From the NCBI GenBank assembly GCA_964536485.1, contig CAZHXX010000009.1, forward strand, positions 1 through 43,803: a DNA stretch of 43,803 nucleotides, written 5' to 3'. Origin of the DNA: an uncultured Candidatus Saccharibacteria bacterium (GTDB lineage: Bacteria > Patescibacteriota > Saccharimonadia > Saccharimonadales > SZUA-47). The number at the start of each line of letters is the position of its first letter. The first letter of the stretch is position 1. Shown piece by piece: positions 7,981-16,080 of this stretch. The position numbers and the translations under genes were made by a program. Under the pieces are notes generated by a model that had not been told where the DNA came from, made no database searches, and saw only the letters and a program-made list of their open reading frames with translations.

Positions 7981-9900
7981 CTACAAAAGCGTTATAGGAT
8001 CTAGGTCAAATAGCGCACTATCCGGTGCGTGACGTGTTGCCTGCAACAACACCTTTCGGGATTTTGCCCGAAGATGGAGTTGTACATAGTAAAATCTTCC
8101 ACGTTTATGATGAAACGAAGGAACAGGTCCTTCAATAACTATGCCTGAAACATCACTCAAAAGTTTCTTGTAGGCATTCGCACTATTAATGGCTTTGTTG
8201 TAGGAGCTCTCACGAAATATGACCTTGCCAATAAAACTGTAAGGCGGAAAGCCGTGCTCACGTCTATCGTGATGTTCTTTTTCGCGGAAGCTATGCCAAT
8301 CTCCTGCTATAGCATCTCTCAGAACAGGGTTGTGGGACTGATAGGTTTGGACAATAACACTTCCGTAGGTATGACCTCTGCCGACGCGCCCAATAGCCTG
8401 GGTGACGAGTTGAAAAGTCCTTTCGTCGCTTGAATAGTCGGGAAACCGCAGGGAAAGATCGCTATTCACAAGTCCAATGACGGCAAGTTTTGGCAGATCG
8501 AGACCTTTTATAAGTTGCTGAGTTCCAATCAAGATATCAACCGACCCGTTAACAATAGCCTCATACGATTCATTAAAGGACTCTTCAAAACTCGTGTCAC
8601 TGTCATAGCGAGCTAGGCGTGCACCTGGGAAAAGGTGCGCGACTTCCTCAACAATCGCTTTGCTTCCTAATGATTTAAGCGTTAATGCACTTGAGCAAAC
8701 AGGGCATCCAGTAGGCATGCTAGTTTTGCGCCCACACGTATGACAGACAAGGGTATTCTCGTCGTGATGATAGGTGAGTGCAAGTTCGCATGATGCACAT
8801 TCGGCCACCCATTCACAAGAATCGCTACTGCACATGACGAGCTTGGACGTACCGCGTCGGTTGAGAAACAGAAGTGATTGTTTCTTTTGTTGCAGCGCCT
8901 CAGACACTTCGTTGATAAGGGTGTTAGAAAAAATAGGATGGCGCTTAAATTGCGTTCGGTCTTTCATATCAATGACAGACATCTTTGTTTCGACTATTTC
9001 ACGGATAGCTTTTTCATGGAGACAGACAAGATTCCCCCCGCTTTGCAGCACTCGCTCCGTCTCGCTTATCGGGGGCGTCGCCGATCCCAACACAAGTTTT
9101 GCGTTATGGCTGTTGCTCAAACCGGCTGCAACATAAAGCGCATGGTAGCGGGGATCGTTTTCTTGTTTGTAGGTCGTTTCGTGCGCTTCGTCGATAATAA
9201 TGAGCCCTAAGTTCTTGTGTGGTAAGAAGAGTGCTGACCGAGGCCCAACTACAACATGTGGCTCTTTGCTTTCAAGCACGGTATACCAGAGCTTTGATCG
9301 TTCGGCATCACTTAGTTGCGAGTGAAATACTGCAACTTTGGCGTGTTTGCTCAGTTCGGTAACTATTTGCGAGGTAAGCGCTATTTCGGGGTAGAGCAAC
9401 AAAGCATTCTTCTTCTGTTTGAGTGTCTTCTTAAGTAACTCTAGGTACACGCGTGTTTTTCCTGCGCCAGTTATGCCGTGAAGGACTGATGGTTTTTGTG
9501 TACTATACAGCTCTTTCACTGCTTGTTTTTGTGCCGTAGTAAGCTCTAGAACTGTCGAACTATCAGTCGGGCCAATAAGTTCGGCTACTTTTTTTGTCGC
9601 AGTAAGATAGTCGGGAAAGAGCTGAGCTAGTGCTTGTCCAAGTCCAAGACCGTAATATTGTCGATACCAGTCTAGAAAAGCAACCGTTTCATTGCTTATG
9701 GTAGCGTTGTATCCTGTCACTAGTTCCTTAGTAGCAAAAGGCGGTTTTTTTACAACAGCTGTTACGTAGCCAATCTTTTTTTGCTTTCCAAACGGCACTC
9801 TCACGAGCGTATGTACAGGAATGATTTCATCATGTGCGTAGGTAAACGTCGCCGATTTCCAGTGACGCTTTACTCCCAATGCTACCTCGTAATACCTCAT
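7981..9900 (-). CDS. priA: primosomal protein N' (replication restart helicase PriA)
   Basis: Walker A GITGAGKT, DEAH box (IIIDEAHE), Cys-rich zinc insertion (CSSDSC..C..C....C..CG....CP.C) and a helicase C domain. Confidence 0.9.
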   Translation of the reverse strand: MRYYEVALGVKRHWKSATFTYAHDEIIPVHTLVRVPFGKQKKIGYVTAVVKKPPFATKELVTGYNATISNETVAFLDWYRQYYGLGLGQALAQLFPDYLTATKKVAELIGPTDSSTVLELTTAQKQAVKELYSTQKPSVLHGITGAGKTRVYLELLKKTLKQKKNALLLYPEIALTSQIVTELSKHAKVAVFHSQLSDAERSKLWYTVLESKEPHVVVGPRSALFLPHKNLGLIIIDEAHETTYKQENDPRYHALYVAAGLSNSHNAKLVLGSATPPISETERVLQSGGNLVCLHEKAIREIVETKMSVIDMKDRTQFKRHPIFSNTLINEVSEALQQKKQSLLFLNRRGTSKLVMCSSDSCEWVAECASCELALTYHHDENTLVCHTCGRKTSMPTGCPVCSSALTLKSLGSKAIVEEVAHLFPGARLARYDSDTSFEESFNESYEAIVNGSVDILIGTQQLIKGLDLPKLAVIGLVNSDLSLRFPDYSSDERTFQLVTQAIGRVGRGHTYGSVIVQTYQSHNPVLRDAIAGDWHSFREKEHHDRREHGFPPYSFIGKVIFRESSYNKAINSANAYKKLLSDVSGIVIEGPVPSFHHKRGRFYYVQLHLRAKSRKVLLQATRHAPDSALFDLDPITLL

Positions 9901-9953
9901 ACTATAAGTATCTCACTAGTACAGTACTTGCCAGAAACTTTTTAAAAAATTGG

Positions 9954-9982
9954 TTGCAACTTGAGCCTGTTCGGACTATACT
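9954..9982 (+). promoter_or_regulatory. candidate promoter (TTGCAA-17-TATACT)
   Basis: TTGCAA 9954-9959, 17-nt spacer, TATACT 9977-9982, upstream of the ORF at 10021. Confidence 0.45.
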
Positions 9983-10020
9983 CATGAGTATTACGTTGTT
10001 CGAATAACAATAAGAGGCTT

Positions 10021-10311
10021 ATGTTAGACACATTCATCACATCAAGAGTGCGCAGAAAAATCGTTGTCGTTTACTCCAAGTATCCTGACTTCAAAACGCA
10101 TGTGCGTGGACTCGCTAAACTTATCAAAGAAGACGCTGGTAATATTCAGCGCGAACTTAAGAAGCTTGAAAAAGTTGGGTTCCTTATTTCTGAAAAGCAA
10201 GGAAACACAAAAGTTTATTACACGAACAAGCATTTTCTTATTTTTAAAGAACTGCAAAGCATTGTCCTTAAGTCTCAAAGAGCAGCCCAAAAACGCCAAC
10301 AAGGTCTTTAA
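10021..10311 (+). CDS. small winged-helix DNA-binding protein, putative transcriptional regulator
   Basis: 96 aa. The pattern ...LAKLI..DAGNIQRELKKLEKVGFL.....GN.K.Y resembles an ArsR/MarR-like wHTH. AAGAGG lies 5 nt upstream. Confidence 0.45.
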   Translation: MLDTFITSRVRRKIVVVYSKYPDFKTHVRGLAKLIKEDAGNIQRELKKLEKVGFLISEKQGNTKVYYTNKHFLIFKELQSIVLKSQRAAQKRQQGL

Positions 10312-10372
10312 ATCGGAGCTCACCTGAACGCAGCTGTTGCATAAGAGGTCGTTCTAAGGTAAAATAGGCACC

Positions 10373-10585
10373 ATGATTCAAGTAACTAAAAAAGACCCGA
10401 AAGAGCCCCTCGAAAATTTAATGCGACGTTTTACACGCAAAGTACAGCAATCTGGTGTACTCGCAGAAGCAAAGCAAGCACAGTTTTTTGAAAAGCCTCT
10501 TAGCAAGCGCGACCGCAGAACTAAAGCGATTATCCGTAAGGAGCGCAAGGTTCAGAAGTTCAAAAAAATTCGTCTCGGAAAGTAA
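10373..10585 (+). CDS. rpsU: 30S ribosomal protein S21
   Basis: 70 aa, basic, with the LRRF.RKV...G......R.FEKP..KR.R pattern typical of S21. Confidence 0.85.
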   Translation: MIQVTKKDPKEPLENLMRRFTRKVQQSGVLAEAKQAQFFEKPLSKRDRRTKAIIRKERKVQKFKKIRLGK

Positions 10586-10591
10586 CATCCG

Positions 10592-11056
10592 ATGCTGAAA
10601 GCAACCATTGATAAAGACCTGAAGGCAGCTATGCTCTCGGGAGATAAGCGCTTGGTTGAAGTCCTTCGTGGCTTAAAAAGTGCGATTTTGTACAAAGAAG
10701 TCGCTGATGGTAAACGAGACAGCGGACTATCCGGCGAAGAAATTGTTGCGGTATTTAAGAAGGAGCAGAAATCTCGACGCGACGCTATTGCGTTGTATGA
10801 GCAGGCCAATGAGACCGTTCGTGCAGACGAAGAAAAATATCAGCTCGAAGTTATAAGCGGGTACATGCCAGAAGAATTATCTGAAGAAGCCATAGTTCAT
10901 CTTGTTGATGAAGTACTTAAAGATTTAGGTATTGAAAAAGCTGAGCCAAAAGATATGGGGCGGATAATCGGTGCTATCAAAGCAAGAGCGAGCAATGCCG
11001 ACGGTGCACTTGTCGCGAAGGTTGTAAAAGAACAAGTAAATTCTAAGAACGAATAA
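10592..11056 (+). CDS. GatB/YqeY domain protein
   Basis: I..DLK.AM...D..R...LR.......E pattern and the usual size (154 aa). Sits directly after rpsU, as in many bacteria. Confidence 0.8.
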   Translation: MLKATIDKDLKAAMLSGDKRLVEVLRGLKSAILYKEVADGKRDSGLSGEEIVAVFKKEQKSRRDAIALYEQANETVRADEEKYQLEVISGYMPEELSEEAIVHLVDEVLKDLGIEKAEPKDMGRIIGAIKARASNADGALVAKVVKEQVNSKNE

Positions 11057-11069
11057 AGGGAGTATATTC

Positions 11070-11621
11070 ATGATTTTATTTATCGGTGTAGTCGGTGCTG
11101 GTAAAAGCGTACAAGGAAAGTACCTTTCAGACCTCCTTGGGTTCCCATGGATCTCCACGGGAGAAATACTGCGTCAACATATTTCGGGTGAACTGCGTGA
11201 CAAAATGCTTCGTGGTGACCTTCTTTCCGATGAAGACCTTTACCAAGTTGTAGAACCTATCTTAAGAGAATTGCTTGGTAAGTCAGAGATTATACTCGAC
11301 GGTTTTCCAAGAACTCAAGCACAAGCTGAATGGCTAGAAAAGTTTATTGAAGAAAATGGTACCGAAATATCTTGTATTATTCACCTAGAAGCCGATGAAG
11401 ATGAGGTTGTTGAGCGCTTACTTAAGAGAGGACGACCGGACGATACAAAAGATGTTATCGTAAATCGATTCAATGAATATCGCACAAAGACGCTCCCAAT
11501 CATCTCATTCTTCGAGAAAAATGGTGCAAAAGTGGTTCATGTAGATGGTAATGGTACCGAAGAAGAAGTGCGCCAAAGAGTAACGAAGGCAGTAACGGAC
11601 CTCGGCATTCATCACGTATGA
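11070..11621 (+). CDS. adk: adenylate kinase, short-LID type
   Basis: P-loop GVVGAGKS, DGFPRT motif and RGR.DD LID remnant. Its stop overlaps the map start (ATGA). Confidence 0.8.
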   Translation: MILFIGVVGAGKSVQGKYLSDLLGFPWISTGEILRQHISGELRDKMLRGDLLSDEDLYQVVEPILRELLGKSEIILDGFPRTQAQAEWLEKFIEENGTEISCIIHLEADEDEVVERLLKRGRPDDTKDVIVNRFNEYRTKTLPIISFFEKNGAKVVHVDGNGTEEEVRQRVTKAVTDLGIHHV

Positions 11622-12385
11622 AACCAAAGACTCCTATAGAGATAGAAAATATTAGAAAGAGCGGTGCTATTCTCGCCCAGATTCTTAACGGCATAGAGGA
11701 GCGCTTAGCGCCTGGAATGACCGGCAAGCAAGTAGACGATTATGCGATGGCGGAGCTAAAGCGCCTTGGGGGTAAACCTGTATTTATCGGTGTGCCTGGT
11801 GGGCGTGGCGTACAAGACTTTCCTGCTTGTATATGTATTTCACTAAATGATGCCGTTGTGCACGGTATTCCAGACGATAAAGCTTTCAAAGAGGGCGATA
11901 TCATTGGGTTTGACTTTGGTGTTAACTACAACGGGATGATAACGGATGCAGCGCGAACATTCATAGTTGGTGGTAGTGCTCGAAAAAAGAGAGAAGAGGA
12001 ACTTGTTTTGCTTACTAAGCAATCACTTGATGCTGGTATAAATATCGTCAAGGCTGGTGTGAGGACAGGTGACATCGGTGCTACTGTTCAAGCAGTGCTC
12101 GAAAAAGCTTCACTAGGTGTAGTGAGGGAGTTGGTTGGTCACGGAGTAGGGCATGAACTCCATGAACCACCAGAAGTACCAAACTACGGCTTTAAAGGAA
12201 CTGGCGCTCTGTTAAAAACAGGTATGACTATTGCGATCGAGCCCATGGCGACCCTGGGTGAATGGCGAGTTGTTATTGACCCCGATGGGTGGACCATTCG
12301 TACGCGTGATGGGTCACAAGCAGCCCATTTTGAAGACACTATTCTTATAACAGACGATGGCTGTGATATTTTAACAAGAATTTAA
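11618..12385 (+). CDS. map: methionine aminopeptidase type I
   Basis: Metal ligands in the contexts VVHGIP, D.G....G...D, VGHG.G...HE and IEP. 255 aa. Confidence 0.95.
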   Translation: MKPKTPIEIENIRKSGAILAQILNGIEERLAPGMTGKQVDDYAMAELKRLGGKPVFIGVPGGRGVQDFPACICISLNDAVVHGIPDDKAFKEGDIIGFDFGVNYNGMITDAARTFIVGGSARKKREEELVLLTKQSLDAGINIVKAGVRTGDIGATVQAVLEKASLGVVRELVGHGVGHELHEPPEVPNYGFKGTGALLKTGMTIAIEPMATLGEWRVVIDPDGWTIRTRDGSQAAHFEDTILITDDGCDILTRI

Positions 12386-12495
12386 TGCGCTAGTCCGAGA
12401 GAACTCTTGCTATTACGTAAGCAATAGCGATATACTGCAATAGAGTTTACTCTATAACAACTTTCTAAGGTAAAAAATTAATGATTTGCAGCCGA

Positions 12496-12552
12496 AACAA
12501 AAAAAATTATTTTAATCGCAACTCAAGTTACGGTGAAATAATTTTTTTTGTT
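12496..12552. repeat. perfect 17-bp AT-rich inverted repeat with a 23-nt loop between map and ftsA
   Basis: aacaaaaaaaattattt (12496-12512) and aaataattttttttgtt (12536-12552) are exact reverse complements. Confidence 0.8.
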
Positions 12553-12607
12553 GCAGACGCAAAGGGTGATTTTTTAGCAGAAAGGCTGTTGTAGGGTAAG
12601 CTCTCCA

Positions 12608-13831
12608 ATGCGCGAAACAAACACACAACACTATGTCGGCGTTGATATCGGAACTTCTGCAGTTCGTGTCGTAGTTGGAACCGTTGATGAACAGGGAAGG
12701 CCTGAAATCATCGGGTTTAGTCAGGCAGAAAATACCGGAATGCGTCGTGGCGTTGTTGCTCATGTCGACGAGGTTGCACTCGCGGTCAGTACCGCACTCC
12801 AGGATGCAGAGCGCCTCTCGGGGAGACGACTTTTGAGCGCAACAATTAACATTAATGGTGCGCATGTACAAGGGTTTAACTCGCGTGGTGTTATAGCAAT
12901 TAGCGCAGCTAATAGAGAAATAACAATAGACGACCGCATGCGTGTAGAGGAAGCCGCTGCTGTTATGCAGTTGCCGGCTAACCGAGAAATTATTCAGGTA
13001 TTCCCAAAAGCTTACCGCTTAGATGGCCAAGATAACATAAAAGATCCTATAGGAATGCAAGGGGTGCGTCTCGAAGTTGATACGCATATTGTTACCGCAT
13101 CAACACCGAATATTCGCCTTCTCGAGAATGTAGCAGAAAAAAGTTCGCTCGCAATCAAGCACCGCACTGTTTCGAGTCTCGCTTCTGCCGAAGCCGTCCT
13201 GACGCGACAACAAAAAGAAGCCGGAACAGTTGTCATCGATATAGGGGCAGGCACAACAAATCTTGTAGTGGTAGAGGATGGCGAAGTCCAGCATGTTGCT
13301 ATTATTCCTGTTGGTGGCACACATATAACAAATGATCTTGCCATCGGCCTTAAGACCGACTTAGATATCGCAGAGAGAGTAAAAATTGAGCACGCCTCGC
13401 TTGCAAAGCCAACTCGGGCAACCGTGACTGTTATGATCGACAAACGTCAACACACGTTTGATGCCGATCAAGTACACATGGTGATAGAGGCACGCATAGA
13501 AGAGCTTTTTGAGCTAATTGATAAAGAGCTAAAGCGAATTGGTAAATCACGTAAGCTCCCAGGAGGTATTATCTTCACTGGTGGCACGGCAAATGTCAGA
13601 GATATAGCTGAGTTTGCAAAAGACCGCCTAGAGCTTCCTGCTAGAATTGGCAAAATAAATGAGGTAAGTGGGCTCGCAGACGTCAGCGAGGATATCGCGT
13701 TTGCTACTCCTATAGGCCTCATGCTCCTTGATATGTTACTAGATGGTCAGCACGCTCAGGGCCATGCTAACGATTACGCTGGTGTCGTCGACAATATTAG
13801 TTCGCTCTTCAAAAGGTTTAAAAAGCACTGA
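12608..13831 (+). CDS. ftsA: cell division protein FtsA
   Basis: Actin-fold motifs VGVDIGTS and DIGAGTT and the FtsA 1C/2B layout. Immediately upstream of ftsZ. Confidence 0.9.
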   Translation: MRETNTQHYVGVDIGTSAVRVVVGTVDEQGRPEIIGFSQAENTGMRRGVVAHVDEVALAVSTALQDAERLSGRRLLSATININGAHVQGFNSRGVIAISAANREITIDDRMRVEEAAAVMQLPANREIIQVFPKAYRLDGQDNIKDPIGMQGVRLEVDTHIVTASTPNIRLLENVAEKSSLAIKHRTVSSLASAEAVLTRQQKEAGTVVIDIGAGTTNLVVVEDGEVQHVAIIPVGGTHITNDLAIGLKTDLDIAERVKIEHASLAKPTRATVTVMIDKRQHTFDADQVHMVIEARIEELFELIDKELKRIGKSRKLPGGIIFTGGTANVRDIAEFAKDRLELPARIGKINEVSGLADVSEDIAFATPIGLMLLDMLLDGQHAQGHANDYAGVVDNISSLFKRFKKH

Positions 13832-13872
13832 GTGTTTTTGCTACTCAGCAAAAGAAAGATTTTGTTCACTGG

Positions 13873-13901
13873 TTGCATGATATAGCTCGTATCGCTATAC
13901 T
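13873..13901 (+). promoter_or_regulatory. candidate ftsZ promoter (TTGCAT-17-TATACT)
   Basis: TTGCAT 13873-13878, 17-nt spacer, TATACT 13896-13901. AGGAG lies upstream of the ATG at 13932. Confidence 0.45.
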
Positions 13902-13931
13902 GAGAACATAACGGTAGGAGAAAAAGGTACT

Positions 13932-15317
13932 ATGCCACAAGTTGCACCAGCCATAGAAACATTTGCCCGCATTAAGGTTGTTGGAGTTGGTGGTGCCGGC
14001 GGGGCTGCCATAAACCGGATGGTTGAAGCAGGTGTCGAAGGCGTAGAATTTATTGCTGTTAACACCGATGCGCAGGCGCTTCATTATTCAAAAGCATCAG
14101 TCAAAATTCATATCGGTAAAGATACGACGAAAGGTCTAGGAGCAGGTGCCGACCCATCAGTAGGCGAAAGAGCCGCTGAAGAGTCCCGCGCAGATATCAA
14201 AGCTGCACTTGATGGCGCAGATATGGTCTTTGTAACCCTCGGTGCCGGTGGTGGTACAGGTAGCGGTGCTGGACATATTGTAGCCAGTGTTGCACGTGAA
14301 TGTGGGGCACTCGTTGTTGGGTTTGCTACTCGGCCATTTGCCTTTGAAGGTGAAAAACGAAAGGCAAATGCAGAATCTGCCATTGAGCAACTTGCACATC
14401 AAGTTGATACGCTCATAACTATTCCTAACGACCGACTTCTTCAGACGATTGACCGCAAGACGCCTCTTCTCGAAGCGTTCAAAGTAGCCGATGATGTCCT
14501 TCGTCAGGGTGTACAGGGGATATCAGATCTAATCACTGTTCACGGCCTTATTAACCTAGACTTCGCAGATGTAAAAGCCGTTATGAGTAATGCGGGTAGT
14601 GCGCTTATGGGCATCGGACGTGCGTCCGGAGAGAATCGTGCCGTAGAAGCAGCAAAGCAAGCCATCGAATCACCGCTCCTTGAAGTCTCTATTGATGGTG
14701 CAAGAGGTGTACTCTTTAACGTTATTGGTGGGAGCGACATTTCTATGCATGAAATTAATGCTGCCGCAGAAACTATAACCGCAGCAGCCGATCCAAGTGC
14801 AAACATTATTTTTGGTGCCACTATCAATGACGATGTTCAGGGCGAAGTTATTGTTACTGTGGTCGCAACTGGATTTGATGCATCTTATTTTGCCCGCCCT
14901 GCAAGCTCTCCAACTACAACAGTTTCAGAAGAGCCTGTAGCTTACAGCACAAGCCACTCAGCACTACCTACTGACTCACAGGATATGGATATGCAAGATG
15001 TCGACATGGACCTTGACAATGACCGTCCATCAGACACGCTAGGCTCGCTTAGTAACTCACACGAAGAACAAAAGACCCCAAGCATATGGTCAATGGATAG
15101 CGATCATCAAGAAAGCACTCCTTCTGAGGATGACAATACTGATAAAAGTCAGGAAGATGGTGATGAAAAACGTGAAAACGACAAAACAGGTTTTTTCCGC
15201 TCGGTAAAATCCCCCGACACGCTACACGATGAAGACGAGCTCGAGAAGCCTTCTTTCTTGCGAAGATTTAAACGAAATAAAACCGACAAATCACAAGAAA
15301 AAACAGAGGAAAAGTAA
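13932..15317 (+). CDS. ftsZ: cell division GTPase FtsZ with a long acidic C-terminal linker
   Basis: Tubulin signature GGGTGSG, NTDAQAL, and the C-terminal peptide EKPSFLRRF followed by a K/E-rich end. Confidence 0.95.
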   Translation: MPQVAPAIETFARIKVVGVGGAGGAAINRMVEAGVEGVEFIAVNTDAQALHYSKASVKIHIGKDTTKGLGAGADPSVGERAAEESRADIKAALDGADMVFVTLGAGGGTGSGAGHIVASVARECGALVVGFATRPFAFEGEKRKANAESAIEQLAHQVDTLITIPNDRLLQTIDRKTPLLEAFKVADDVLRQGVQGISDLITVHGLINLDFADVKAVMSNAGSALMGIGRASGENRAVEAAKQAIESPLLEVSIDGARGVLFNVIGGSDISMHEINAAAETITAAADPSANIIFGATINDDVQGEVIVTVVATGFDASYFARPASSPTTTVSEEPVAYSTSHSALPTDSQDMDMQDVDMDLDNDRPSDTLGSLSNSHEEQKTPSIWSMDSDHQESTPSEDDNTDKSQEDGDEKRENDKTGFFRSVKSPDTLHDEDELEKPSFLRRFKRNKTDKSQEKTEEK

Positions 15318-15351
15318 CGTAAGCGTTACGAAAATTACAACTAAAATTTGG

Positions 15352-15381
15352 TTGCTAAGGCGCTAGCTATAGCGGTACACT
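15352..15381 (+). promoter_or_regulatory. candidate nrdR promoter (TTGCTA-18-TACACT)
   Basis: TTGCTA 15352-15357, 18-nt spacer, TACACT 15376-15381. Confidence 0.4.
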
Positions 15382-15390
15382 ATAAATGTG
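15377..15390. promoter_or_regulatory. candidate NrdR box overlapping the -10 element
   Basis: acACTATAAATGTg is an imperfect palindrome with CAC...GTG ends and an AT-rich centre, resembling the published NrdR-box consensus acaCwAtATaTwGtgt. Only one copy was seen. Confidence 0.3.
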
Positions 15391-15446
15391 AGCGCTAAAT
15401 GTAGGAAAAGTACCTTACAAAGACAAAAGTAAAGAGGAGAGTAGCA

Positions 15447-15905
15447 GTGCGATGTAATCAATGTCAGGCGACAGATACAAAAGTAATTGAATCACGAGAA
15501 GTAGCAGAAGGTGAATCAATTCGTCGTCGTCGTGAGTGCATACAGTGCCAGAATCGCTTTACAACATATGAACGTATCGAAAAACCACAGCTCATAGTGG
15601 TCAAAAATGATGGTACGCGTCAAATGTACAGCCGAGAAAAACTCCTTGCGGGCTTGTACCGTGCGTGTGAAAAGACGGCCGTGACAAGTGTGCAAATAGA
15701 GAAGCTTGTCAACGATGTAGAGAGAGCACTCTATGCAAGTGGAGACTCGGAGATTCCTTCTCGCAAAATAGGCGAAGAGATTATCGAGCGACTTGTAGCC
15801 ATAGACGAAGTTGCATATGTACGCTTCGCAAGTGTCTATCGTCGTTTCAAAGACCTCGCAAGCTTTGAAAAAGAGCTCTCAAAAATGAAAACACGAAAAG
15901 AATAA
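15447..15905 (+). CDS. nrdR: transcriptional repressor NrdR
   Basis: GTG start with AGAGGAG upstream. N-terminal zinc ribbon C.QC....C..C followed by an ATP-cone. Confidence 0.9.
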   Translation: MRCNQCQATDTKVIESREVAEGESIRRRRECIQCQNRFTTYERIEKPQLIVVKNDGTRQMYSREKLLAGLYRACEKTAVTSVQIEKLVNDVERALYASGDSEIPSRKIGEEIIERLVAIDEVAYVRFASVYRRFKDLASFEKELSKMKTRKE

Positions 15906-16080
15906 TATTAGTTGCCGCTAGCGAGCGAAGAAACACAACTTGCTAACGGGAGCTAGTATAAGCCGCCTCTTTATGAGAGAGAAGAGGATGCTTTGACTGA
16001 CTCTAAATAAAAAACAATTAATAAGTACTGAGTACGCACAACAGCCAGTGGTGTCGCGTACACAGAGTGAGGGTAAAAAC

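Noticed and set aside
16048-16080. The GTG at 16048 as the nrdJ start
   Set aside because: ATG 16081 is preceded by GAGGG at a proper distance. The 11 extra residues have no upstream ribosome-binding site.
15906-16080. A cobalamin riboswitch upstream of the B12-dependent RNR
   Set aside because: The region is only about 170 nt and no B12-box-like sequence (rAGYCMGgAgaCCkGCc) was recognisable.
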